Assembly (NCBI GenBank): GCA_018335915.1
Contig: JAGXRL010000044.1
Coordinates: 1 to 43,164, forward strand
DNA length: 43,164 nucleotides
Source: Candidatus Latescibacterota bacterium
GTDB taxonomy: Bacteria > Hydrothermota > Tepidihabitantia > Tepidihabitantales > CAIPLT01
Direction of reading: 5' to 3'
This document shows, one piece after another, positions 26,229 to 34,527 of this stretch (position 1 is its first letter; every line of letters starts with the position of its first letter). The translations under genes and the position numbers were made by a program. A model generated the notes under the pieces. The model searched no databases. It saw nothing but the letters and a program-made list of their open reading frames with translations, and was not told the origin of the DNA.

Positions 26229-26284
26229 ATTATCAATTTTCAATTATCAAGTATCAATGAATTATCAATTAGCAAATTATCAAT
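26229..26284. repeat. Array of five direct (A)TTATCAAT boxes
   Basis: ATTATCAAT at 26229, 26261 and 26276. ATTATCAAG at 26243. TATCAAT at 26252. An inverted ATTGATA lies at 26325-26331. Confidence 0.55.
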
Positions 26285-26371
26285 TGAAAACAATGAAGAA
26301 AGATATTTAGAGAAATTTATGGAAATTGATAGATATTAGTTGTTTTCTGATGCTATAAGTTTCTACTTGTT

Positions 26372-27307
26372 TCAACGAGTTTTAACAAGTTTCCAGCAAT
26401 GTTTTATTGCAGAAATCATTGATGATGGGTCAGCAATGCCTTTACCGGCAATGTCAAAGGCAGTGCCATGCAAGGGTGAAGTGCGGATAAAAGGTAAACC
26501 AAGCGTAGCGTTTACACCTCCACCTTTTGAGAGTAGTTTCACGGGTAACATTCCCTGGTCGTGATACATTGCGACATATCCGTCAGACTCAGAGAGAAGC
26601 GAGGAGTGAGGAGGGAGGAGAAAAGCAGAGTCGGCAGGAAGAGGACCATCACAAGTGATACCGAGTTTGCGGGCTTTTTGGATTGCTTTCATAATTTTGT
26701 CTTCAGCGCCGCAGGTGAATTCAAAAGCATGCGGATTTAATGAGAAGACACCGATTTTAGGTTTGCGAATCTTTTCATAATCTTTTAAATAGTTACTTAG
26801 GAGAATTATTTTCTCGAGAACTTTTTCAGTTGTGATAAGTTTGGGCACATCTTTTAATGGTTTGTGAATCGTGACCAGAATTATTTTAACCTGGTCAGAC
26901 CAGGCAAGCATGCCGTATTTTTTTACGCCAAATTCATAGGCAAAGTATTCGGTCTGCCCGTCATAAGGAAACCCTGCCATCTGCAATGCAGTTTTTGAGA
27001 CCGGCGCAGTTACAATACCTTTGATTACACCAGTTTTTAATAAGTAAGAAGCGAGATGGAGTTGTAAGAATGAAGCGGTGCCGCATCGTTTGTTTGGCTT
27101 GCCAAAGTTGTATTTGAAATAATCAAAGGCATCAATGACATTATTAGACAAATCAAGTTTGATTTTTAATTTATACTTTAAATCTTCTAACAACTTTAGA
27201 TTTCCTATTATAAGGAGATTACTTCTTTGTGACGTCAAAGACGATAAAGCCTTAAGGGTTATTTCAGGACCGATGCCTGAAGGATCACCGATAGTCGTAG
27301 CAATCAT
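26372..27307 (-). CDS. pdxA: 4-hydroxythreonine-4-phosphate dehydrogenase
   Basis: GDPSGIGPEI, AMYHDQG, LGLPFIRTSPLHGTAFDIAGKGIADP. Confidence 0.9.
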   Translation of the reverse strand: MIATTIGDPSGIGPEITLKALSSLTSQRSNLLIIGNLKLLEDLKYKLKIKLDLSNNVIDAFDYFKYNFGKPNKRCGTASFLQLHLASYLLKTGVIKGIVTAPVSKTALQMAGFPYDGQTEYFAYEFGVKKYGMLAWSDQVKIILVTIHKPLKDVPKLITTEKVLEKIILLSNYLKDYEKIRKPKIGVFSLNPHAFEFTCGAEDKIMKAIQKARKLGITCDGPLPADSAFLLPPHSSLLSESDGYVAMYHDQGMLPVKLLSKGGGVNATLGLPFIRTSPLHGTAFDIAGKGIADPSSMISAIKHCWKLVKTR

Positions 27308-27419
27308 AAAATTAAATATTAAAAATTAAAAATCAAAAACACATATCAAAAACATAAAAATAACGGAATATTTGCATTTTTCAGTTTGTGTTTTTAATTT
27401 TTTATTTCTCATTTTTGGT
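27308..27419. repeat. AT-rich palindromic intergenic element, copy b
   Basis: It fills the whole gap between the ABC-2 permease 2 stop and the pdxA start. AAAAACACA ... TTTGTGTTTTT inverted core. Same family as 22896-23003 and 28272-28384. Confidence 0.65.
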
Positions 27420-28271
27420 TTAGTAATGAGAAATCGTTCCGGTTCGCCGGGTTCTTCGGTCAATGATTTCAAATATCATTATTCCCACAGCCACCCAAAC
27501 TACGCCTAAAACAACCAGCCGGGAAAATGCAGTCCAGACCGTAAATCCCATCTGCTCGCCGATAAGAAAATGCCGGACCGTCATAACACCATAAGTAGTC
27601 GGTAAAAACATTGCTGCTTTCTGCATAAATAAAGGTAAAACCGCTAAAGGATAAGCAATCGGTGTGATGATCATCATTATGCCGGAGAGCGCTTCAGATA
27701 CAAGCCAGCCCTGTTTAAAGATTAAGGTTAAACTGGCAACCATCATGCCAAATCCATACAGGGCAATGAGCATTAATCCAACTACCAATAATGACGGTAA
27801 TATACCAGACGGTGCAATGGTTAATTTAAAGATTAAATTAATCACGATTATCTGTAAAAATATCATTAATCCCTGATGTAAAGTTGAATGTAATGCCATA
27901 CCCAAAGCAAACACCCAGCGCGGGACCGGCGCGACAAAGACCGATTCCAGAGTTCCCCAGAACTGTTCTTTTCGGAGCGACCAGCCCATTGCCCAAAGCG
28001 CCATATTTATAAAACCGACAAAAATATAACCAAGGGTAACAAAGGTTATCAAATCATCAGTGCCGACCAGACCTTTTAATGTTTCCGAGGTTCTGCCGCC
28101 GACTAAGGCAATACCATATAAAAGATAAGGCATGGCATACACGAGCGGGTCAATCATGCCGCGAATAAAATCGGGTTTGTAAGTCAGCTCAATGCGCCAT
28201 TCTTTCATGTTTTCATACCAAATAGCACGTCCGTAGTGTTTCGTTTTAGTGATAAAAGAATGCCAGAACAT
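27420..28271 (-). CDS. ABC-2 type transporter permease (second permease)
   Basis: 283 aa with about 6 TM helices, the typical ABC-2 membrane-domain layout. It lies downstream of a DrrA-like ATPase. Confidence 0.8.
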   Translation of the reverse strand: MFWHSFITKTKHYGRAIWYENMKEWRIELTYKPDFIRGMIDPLVYAMPYLLYGIALVGGRTSETLKGLVGTDDLITFVTLGYIFVGFINMALWAMGWSLRKEQFWGTLESVFVAPVPRWVFALGMALHSTLHQGLMIFLQIIVINLIFKLTIAPSGILPSLLVVGLMLIALYGFGMMVASLTLIFKQGWLVSEALSGIMMIITPIAYPLAVLPLFMQKAAMFLPTTYGVMTVRHFLIGEQMGFTVWTAFSRLVVLGVVWVAVGIMIFEIIDRRTRRTGTISHY

Positions 28272-28384
28272 AGTAAAATTAAAAATTAAAAATCAAAAAT
28301 AAAAAACACAAATTAAAAATGCAAAAATATTGATGTATTTGCGTTTGTGTTTTTAATATTTTATATTTCATATTTAATATAGTA
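28272..28384. repeat. AT-rich palindromic intergenic element, copy c
   Basis: It fills the whole gap between the two permease genes. AAAAACACAAA (left) pairs with TTTGTGTTTTT (right), and GCAAA pairs with TTTGC. Confidence 0.65.
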
Positions 28385-29212
28385 TTAATATTGTGCCAAT
28401 GTACCGGCTTCTTTGGTTTTTCTTTCTAAGTATCGGAAGGTGAGATAACCGGTAATGAGAAGGATGATATCCATAATAATCAGTATTAAAATAGTTTTTC
28501 CAAGATGCAAGATATTTTTGTTTAAGAGAATGATGCCGCGAATTGCGACCAGGGCATAGGTTAAGGGAATCACGGCAGACAGAGTTTTTGTAATGGTGCT
28601 GACTTCGACCGGATAACGAATCGGTGAAAAGAGATAGAAAACCCATTCCAGGGTATGAACCCAGCCGTGGGCTTCTTTGATTAATAAAGTGAAGCCGGCA
28701 AAGGCAATCGCAAAACCATAAAATCCGATCAAGAGCAATAAGACAATTACGAACACCGGGAATATTTTTGCGAGGGTTAAATCTAACCCCAAGAAAAATG
28801 TCGCCACCAGTGCCTGCATGGTAACATTGACCGTCGCATAGACAAACTCAGCCAAAGTTTTGCCCAAAAGAACGACAATCGGATTAGTCGGTGAGACGAT
28901 GATATATTCGAGCGTGCCCCAATAAGTCTCTTCACGCAAAGAATTGCCGACACCCCACAGCCCTGAAAAGATATAGGTCGAAACCATTGCTCCAATCAAA
29001 ACAAACGGCAGATAATGGGGCGAGCCAGTCAGTTCTTTGAATGCTGCGCTGGACAGACCGCCGACCAGTGCTTTACCCTGAAAAATAAAAGGTAAAACCC
29101 ACATAAACGGCGCGATTGCCCAGAACACGAGCATAATCGGATATGATATCCAGATTTTAACGCTTTTCTTAAACTCAGCCCAGACAATTCTCAAATCGTT
29201 TTTAAAACTCAT
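28385..29212 (-). CDS. ABC-2 type transporter permease (first permease)
   Basis: 275 aa with about 6 TM helices. The start overlaps the ATPase stop (TAATG on the minus strand). Confidence 0.8.
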   Translation of the reverse strand: MSFKNDLRIVWAEFKKSVKIWISYPIMLVFWAIAPFMWVLPFIFQGKALVGGLSSAAFKELTGSPHYLPFVLIGAMVSTYIFSGLWGVGNSLREETYWGTLEYIIVSPTNPIVVLLGKTLAEFVYATVNVTMQALVATFFLGLDLTLAKIFPVFVIVLLLLIGFYGFAIAFAGFTLLIKEAHGWVHTLEWVFYLFSPIRYPVEVSTITKTLSAVIPLTYALVAIRGIILLNKNILHLGKTILILIIMDIILLITGYLTFRYLERKTKEAGTLAQY

Positions 29213-30234
29213 TAATTTTGTTCTCCTTGCGGAGTGAATTCAGCGGTATTTTCAGTTAAACGAGTACCAGTCACATAAATAAAGACATCTTCGAGAGTCG
29301 GCTGTTTGACATCAATTGCCAAAATCTTGCCAGTTTGTCTAATCAATTCAATCAAGTCTGAAAGCATGGGCTCGGCACGCGGCAGAATCATTTTGACATT
29401 AGTAATGCCGTCGGTTGTGTTGAGGGTAACTGTTTCCACTGTATTTATTGACTTTAACCGTTTTAATAGTGCATCGCTGTTTTGAATGCCAGTGCAGCGC
29501 AGGTCTAAAACTTCGCTGTGCGGCAGGTCGCGTTTGTATTCATAAGGAGTTTTGCAATCGACAATTTTACCGCGGTTGATAAAGGCGATGCGCTGACATA
29601 ATTCATCGGCTTCATCCATATAATGAGTTGTTAAAAGAATCGTTTTTTTCTGTTTTCTGTTTAAAGTATTTTTGATAAAATCGCGCAGGAAGCGGGAGAA
29701 TTGCGGGTCAAGACCAAGAGTCGGTTCGTCTAATAACAGAACTTTCGGGTCATGCATTAATGCCCGTGCCAAGGAGATTTTTTGCTTCATACCCGACGAA
29801 TATTTTTCCACCCGTTCGTTCTGGACATCTTTCAGGTCCAAGAGTTCGATTAGATAATCAATCCGCTTATCACGTTCTTTGTTATCCAATCCGTATAAAG
29901 CAGCAAAGAATTTGAGGTTTTCGCGGGCAGAAAGTTTCCAGTATAAAGTTCTTTCACCTGAAGTAAGTAAGCCGATTTGCTTGCGGCAATAGAGCGAATG
30001 TTCGAATATATCCTTGCCCAGGATTTTTATCGAGCCGTCATTAGGAATCAAGAGTGTGGCAATACATCGGACCAGAGTGGTTTTACCGGCGCCGTTTGGT
30101 CCTAACAGACCAAAGAGTTCGCCTTCGCGGATATCAAAGCTCGCCTTGTCAACGGCAAAAATCTCGCGCTTGCGCAACCGCTTGCCGCGCTTAAACTTTT
30201 TGACGACATCTTTAACTTCAATTGCATTATTCAT
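29212..30234 (-). CDS. ABC transporter ATP-binding protein (DrrA / ABC-2 exporter type) with a C-terminal extension
   Basis: Walker A GLLGPNGAGKTT, signature YSSGMKQKISLA, Walker B LLLDEPTLGLD, H-loop TTHYM. Confidence 0.92.
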   Translation of the reverse strand: MNNAIEVKDVVKKFKRGKRLRKREIFAVDKASFDIREGELFGLLGPNGAGKTTLVRCIATLLIPNDGSIKILGKDIFEHSLYCRKQIGLLTSGERTLYWKLSARENLKFFAALYGLDNKERDKRIDYLIELLDLKDVQNERVEKYSSGMKQKISLARALMHDPKVLLLDEPTLGLDPQFSRFLRDFIKNTLNRKQKKTILLTTHYMDEADELCQRIAFINRGKIVDCKTPYEYKRDLPHSEVLDLRCTGIQNSDALLKRLKSINTVETVTLNTTDGITNVKMILPRAEPMLSDLIELIRQTGKILAIDVKQPTLEDVFIYVTGTRLTENTAEFTPQGEQN

Positions 30235-30292
30235 AATTTTATCTTAAGCCACAGATGAACACGGATAAATAATCTTATGCCATCTCATCGGT

Positions 30293-31405
30293 TCAATCTT
30301 TTCTTTCTTCAACAGTCTTTTCAATGATTTTTAACATTTCTTTTGCTGCGTTATCCCAGCTAAAATTCTTTGCCCATTGGATACCGGCTTGTGCCATTTG
30401 TCGGTGCAAGGTTTTGTTATCCAAAAGCAGTTCAATCTTCTCGGCTAACTCGTTTATATTGGCATAATCATACAGAAAACCAGTCTTTTGGTCAAGTACA
30501 GCATCGCGTAAACCGGGCGAACGAGAGGCAATAACCGGTGTGCCGCAAGCATTGGCTTCAATCACAATCATACCCCAGCCTTCTTTGATTGAGTTCTCAA
30601 CCAAGACCGATGCTTTCTGATAATAATTTATTTTTTCCGATTCTGAAATATAACCAGTAAAAGTAATATAGTTTTCCAAAGCCAGTTTTTTAGTCAATTC
30701 TTTTAACCGGGGCAGGTCATCACCACCGCCGATAATCACGACTTTTACATCTTTGCTGTTTTGGACTAATTTCTGAGTTGCCAGGATGAGATGGTCAGTA
30801 GATTTATATTTTTTCAACCGACCGGTATGAATAATCAAATTGTTTTGTTTAATTGCATCATTGGGTTGATACAATTGTAAATCAATGCCAGGCGGAATCG
30901 TAACAATTTTATCCGGTTTAATACCCATTTTTACTAAATCCTGTTTAGAACTCTCGGATAGAGCAGCAAAATAGTTCTTTTTATAACACAAGGGAATCAA
31001 GCTTTCGGCTAAATAGACATAACTGGCAAACGGAAAAAAAACTTCAGAAAAGATACTTTTCCGGAACAGATGCATCATCAAAGCCAGCACCGGTTTCTTG
31101 GTAATCCAGGGACTATAAAACGGAATTTTATTTAAGTCATCAATCACAATATCATAATTTTCCTGCTCCAAGAGATGGGGCAGTTCCCGGTAAACCGCAA
31201 AATTAAAAGTATTTTTAGTGCCGATACGGCTTATATTAATACCATCGATTATTTCAGTTTCAGGAGCATTGTCAAACTGGACCGCAAGCTGGGTAACTTT
31301 ATGTCCCATATTTACGATTCGTTTGAAGATTTCCTGAAAATAAATCTCGGCACCGCCAGCCAGCGGATTCTTAAAGCACCGCCAGTTTATCACAAAAATA
31401 TTCAT
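30293..31405 (-). CDS. Family-4 (GT-B) glycosyltransferase
   Basis: EGWGMIVIEANACGTPVIASRSPGLRDAV is an E-x7-E type GT4 motif. 370 aa. Confidence 0.85.
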   Translation of the reverse strand: MNIFVINWRCFKNPLAGGAEIYFQEIFKRIVNMGHKVTQLAVQFDNAPETEIIDGINISRIGTKNTFNFAVYRELPHLLEQENYDIVIDDLNKIPFYSPWITKKPVLALMMHLFRKSIFSEVFFPFASYVYLAESLIPLCYKKNYFAALSESSKQDLVKMGIKPDKIVTIPPGIDLQLYQPNDAIKQNNLIIHTGRLKKYKSTDHLILATQKLVQNSKDVKVVIIGGGDDLPRLKELTKKLALENYITFTGYISESEKINYYQKASVLVENSIKEGWGMIVIEANACGTPVIASRSPGLRDAVLDQKTGFLYDYANINELAEKIELLLDNKTLHRQMAQAGIQWAKNFSWDNAAKEMLKIIEKTVEERKD

Positions 31406-31412
31406 AAGCTAT

Positions 31413-31441
31413 ATAATAATAGAAAATTAATATGGGGTCAA
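31413..31441 (-). promoter_or_regulatory. Sigma70-type promoter of the GT4 / ABC-2 / pdxA gene string, leaderless geometry
   Basis: On the minus strand: TTGACC (31441-31436), 17-nt spacer, TATTAT (31418-31413). The ATG lies 7 nt downstream with no SD. Confidence 0.5.
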
Positions 31442-31456
31442 TCTCGAATTTTATAC

Positions 31457-31484
31457 TTGACAGACGATTTTTCATATATAGAAT
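31457..31484 (+). promoter_or_regulatory. Divergent sigma70-type promoter
   Basis: TTGACA (31457-31462), 16-nt spacer, TAGAAT (31479-31484). ATG 31495 lies 10 nt downstream. Confidence 0.5.
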
Positions 31485-31494
31485 ATAAGGGTTT

Positions 31495-32142
31495 ATGGGT
31501 ATTGTTAAACTCTGGTATAGAGCTGTAGTTATGGTTGGTGTAATTGGTGGGGTGTTTTGTTGTCAAAAATCTCCGGTTCTGCATCAAATGCCGCAGGTAA
31601 CACGGCAAAGCAATGAACAAACCACAGTACATAATATAAAGCATACGAATGCATTTGAGCAAGGCGTCAAACAGGCATTGGAAGAAATCAAGAATAATGC
31701 AATGACATATTATGTTTACGGTGAAGAACCAGACTATCCGTATAGCATCGAAACCGGATTACCAGTTAAAATTGTTGCCGGGTGTATGATTGATGATTCG
31801 ATTGCAGCATTGGTTGAAGGTCATAATCAGACCATAAAAAATCATCTGCGTTCATTATTGACAGATACAGAAGTCGAACAGGCAACCAGTCACCTGGATG
31901 CAGTTTTGGGCAATGAATACCGGCAAGCTTATTATCAGGGCATGCAGGAAGCTTATAATGAAATTAAGAATAACAAGCTAACCCGATATGTTTATGGCAA
32001 AGGTAATTGGGGAGATGTTGACCAAGAAACCGGCGTTGTCATCAAAGTTATTGCTGGTTGCGTTGTTTCGGATTCAATAGTGGGTCGGGCAGATGGACAT
32101 AATTATATCATCTCTAAATATCTTAAACACGAAATAAAATGA
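31495..32142 (+). CDS. Hypothetical exported or lipid-anchored protein made of two tandem copies of an unrecognised domain of about 75 aa
   Basis: Hydrophobic N-terminus ...VMVGVIGGVFCCQ. The internal repeat is EEIKNNAMTYYVYGEEPDYPYSIETGLPVKIVAGCMIDDSIAALVEGHNQTIKNHL versus NEIKNNKLTRYVYGKGNWGDVDQETGVVIKVIAGCVVSDSIVGRADGHNYIISKYL. Confidence 0.7.
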   Translation: MGIVKLWYRAVVMVGVIGGVFCCQKSPVLHQMPQVTRQSNEQTTVHNIKHTNAFEQGVKQALEEIKNNAMTYYVYGEEPDYPYSIETGLPVKIVAGCMIDDSIAALVEGHNQTIKNHLRSLLTDTEVEQATSHLDAVLGNEYRQAYYQGMQEAYNEIKNNKLTRYVYGKGNWGDVDQETGVVIKVIAGCVVSDSIVGRADGHNYIISKYLKHEIK

Positions 32143-32759
32143 GTAAAGAATATTTTGACAAAATAGCGAATGAATGGGATAACATCCGCAAAGGTTATTT
32201 TACACAAATAATCCGAGAAAACGCTTTTTCTTTCGCCGGGGTAAAACCGGGTAAATTAGCCGCCGATATCGGTGCCGGTACCGGTTTTATAACTGAAGGA
32301 CTTGTGAATCTTGGTTTGCGTGTTATTGCGGTTGACCAGTCAGAGCCGATGCTGGAAATAATCAAGCAAAAGCTCGGCAACGGGACAAGAATCGACTATC
32401 GGATAGGAATGGCAGAAAAACTACCGATTGACGACTCAACCGTCGATTACGCATTTGCCAATATGTCTTTGCATCATGTGCAAGACCCGCTCGATGCGTT
32501 ACATGAAGTAATTCGTATCTTAAAACCGGACGGCAAGCTGGTGGTCACTGATTTAGACAAACATAATTTTGAATTTCTAAAGCATGAACACCATGATGTC
32601 TGGCTGGGGTTTAACCGGCATGATGTTATCAAATGGTATCAGAAGGTTGGTTTTAATGTAATATTTATCGATGATGCCGAAGAAGACTGCTGTGCACAAT
32701 CTTCTTGTGGTTGTCATCAGGCAAAAATCGGTATCTTCCTTGCTTTAGGTATTAAATAA
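32139..32759 (+). CDS. Class I SAM-dependent methyltransferase with a C-terminal Cys cluster
   Basis: The start overlaps the upstream stop (ATGA). DIGAGTGFIT (motif I), LKPDGKLVVTD. C-terminal EEDCCAQSSCGCHQ. Confidence 0.85.
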   Translation: MSKEYFDKIANEWDNIRKGYFTQIIRENAFSFAGVKPGKLAADIGAGTGFITEGLVNLGLRVIAVDQSEPMLEIIKQKLGNGTRIDYRIGMAEKLPIDDSTVDYAFANMSLHHVQDPLDALHEVIRILKPDGKLVVTDLDKHNFEFLKHEHHDVWLGFNRHDVIKWYQKVGFNVIFIDDAEEDCCAQSSCGCHQAKIGIFLALGIK

Positions 32760-32773
32760 ACAATCAAGAGCAT

Positions 32774-33451
32774 ATGATTGGCACCTTAATTAATATCGGT
32801 GCGGTGATTGTGGGTAGTGTTCTGGGACTTTTGATTCACGCCAAACTACCCTTGCGATTTATCAGAATCGTATTCCAGGGGATCGGAATCTTTACAATAT
32901 TTCTTGGCATTAAAATGGCACTAAAGACCGGCAATTTATTAATAATGGTTTTCAGTATAGTAATCGGCTCGGTCATCGGCGAGTTCATCAATATTGATAA
33001 GGGCATAAATAATTTAAGCGACTGTCTTAAACGAAAGATAAAAATCGGCAGTGATAAATTTTCCGAAGGATTAATAACCGCATTTTTATTATTTTGCCTT
33101 GGTTCAATGACGATATTAGGTGCAATTGAAGAGGGATTGGGCGGACGACCAAATTTACTTTTAACCAAATCATTAATGGATGGGTTCTCATCAATTGCAC
33201 TTTCTGCGTCACTGGGGATAGGAGTAATATTTTCCGTTATCCCATTATTAATCTACCAGGGCGGGTTAACTGTCTTTGCCGGTTTTCTGCAGAATTTCTT
33301 TAATCAGGTTATGATTAATGAATTGACTGCGGTTGGGGGCGTCCTTTTAATTGGCTTGGGAATAAATATTTTAGAAATTACGAAGATCAAAATTTCGAAT
33401 ATGCTTCCCAGTTTAATAATCGTGATTATTTTAGTTTTGCTCTTTTTATAA
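32774..33451 (+). CDS. DUF554-family (YqgA/YdfK-like) integral membrane protein
   Basis: The N-terminus MIGTLINIGAVIVGSVLGLL and about 6-7 TM helices are typical of DUF554. Confidence 0.7.
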   Translation: MIGTLINIGAVIVGSVLGLLIHAKLPLRFIRIVFQGIGIFTIFLGIKMALKTGNLLIMVFSIVIGSVIGEFINIDKGINNLSDCLKRKIKIGSDKFSEGLITAFLLFCLGSMTILGAIEEGLGGRPNLLLTKSLMDGFSSIALSASLGIGVIFSVIPLLIYQGGLTVFAGFLQNFFNQVMINELTAVGGVLLIGLGINILEITKIKISNMLPSLIIVIILVLLFL

Positions 33452-33462
33452 TCAAGTGAATC

Positions 33463-33476
33463 TCCCTGGCCAGGGA
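33463..33476. terminator. Weak palindrome between convergent genes
   Basis: TCCCTGG/CCAGGGA with no loop and no clear T-run. It is only a candidate bidirectional terminator. Confidence 0.25.
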
Positions 33477-33490
33477 TAAATATCAATCCG

Positions 33491-34411
33491 TTATTCAGTT
33501 GCTACTTCGATATCACCTGATTTTGTTCGGAGCGATACTATTTTATCTTGTTTGCCGAGTCCGATTTTTAGATAACCTTCTTTATTTTCCAGTTCTTCAT
33601 AATTTATAAGTCCGTTTAAGTTGATATCGCCATTTTCACAATGCAGTTCTAAAAGTACATCGCTTATCTTAGGTAAAGTAATAGAAATATCACCACTTTT
33701 AGTCTCGATTTTGCTGTCATCCGGTTCAAGATAATTAATTTTAATATCACTGCTGGCACCCTTGATTTCAACGCCGCCTTTTAGTTCATTGACTTCAATA
33801 TCGCCGGATGCGGATTTAAAAGTAATCTTACCGTTTATTTCATTAAGTTCCAAATCACCCGACACGGATTCGCAGTCAATATTACCGGTAATATTTTTAA
33901 TATCAATATCGCCGGATACGGTGGAGATGGACAGATTGATTTTTTCCGGCGTTTTCATCTCAATATCATCAGACACTGAAGTGCAGACGAGCTCTTCACC
34001 GCGCTCCTCGCTTTTCTGCAAACCAGAGCACTCGAGGGTAATTTCGTGATTGTCGCCGCCCTCAATTTCAATATCTCCGCTTACAGTTCGTATCGCTGCG
34101 CTGGATTTTGCCGGATATTTCTTGTTTTCACATTCCATTTTGATAACGATATTTTCCCGCATCTTCTTTTCCTGTTCCTTGAGTTTTGACATGTTTTCCT
34201 GCAGTTTTGCCATTGCTGTAGCCATAGCCTTGGTTATGGTTTCAGGCATAACTTCAAGACCGGGCATGAAATGTTTCTTAAACCGAATTTGATGTTCGCG
34301 GTGCTCTTTGTTTTCCACTTTCTGGTCAACCGCATCAAGCAGACGAGCTGCTTCATCAGTAGTTATTTTGCCTTCTTTGAGAAGGTTTAAGATTCTCATT
34401 TTTTCTTCCAT
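33491..34411 (-). CDS. DUF4097-type beta-strand repeat protein (LiaG-like) with an N-terminal SHOCT-like helix
   Basis: AAGGAG SD. N-terminus LLKEGKITTDEAARLLDAV. Repeated SGDIEI / SGDIDI / SGDLEL / SGDIEV / SGDISI strands. Confidence 0.8.
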   Translation of the reverse strand: MEEKMRILNLLKEGKITTDEAARLLDAVDQKVENKEHREHQIRFKKHFMPGLEVMPETITKAMATAMAKLQENMSKLKEQEKKMRENIVIKMECENKKYPAKSSAAIRTVSGDIEIEGGDNHEITLECSGLQKSEERGEELVCTSVSDDIEMKTPEKINLSISTVSGDIDIKNITGNIDCESVSGDLELNEINGKITFKSASGDIEVNELKGGVEIKGASSDIKINYLEPDDSKIETKSGDISITLPKISDVLLELHCENGDINLNGLINYEELENKEGYLKIGLGKQDKIVSLRTKSGDIEVATE

Positions 34412-34527
34412 TTTGGCTCCTTAGATTATTAACCACGAAGTCACAAAAGGAGCGATAGGGAAGTCCTTTGGCGATTTTTCGGGCTTTTTATTTTGATTAG
34501 ATTTTTTATTTTGGGCTTGGGTCATAT

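Noticed and set aside
26049-26243. A 64-aa minus-strand ORF (…GYPDPLGSLLGYPLSYPF…CPGACQG…)
   Set aside because: It is a translation of the GC-rich low-complexity word repeats, with no RBS and a compositionally aberrant product. I treated it as noncoding repeat DNA.
26575-26635. A purine-rich GAGGAG low-complexity stretch inside pdxA (encoding LLPPHSSLLSESD on the minus strand), considered as another repeat insertion
   Set aside because: The region is only about 4 residues longer than the equivalent loop in E. coli PdxA as I recall it. The DNA does not match any of the dispersed repeat families seen elsewhere in the window.
22896-28384. The possibility that the recurring intergenic repeats form a CRISPR array
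   Set aside because: The copies are more than 1 kb apart and separated by full-length genes. They are imperfect palindromes of about 110 nt rather than 25-40-nt direct repeats with unique spacers, and there are no cas genes.
34412-34527. A 34-codon ORF (MTQAQNKKSNQNKKPEKSPKDFPIAPFVTSWLII) in the DUF2089-DUF4097 spacer
   Set aside because: Its C-terminal half is a translation of a CACGAAG/CACAAAG repeat fragment. It has no SD and is probably fortuitous.
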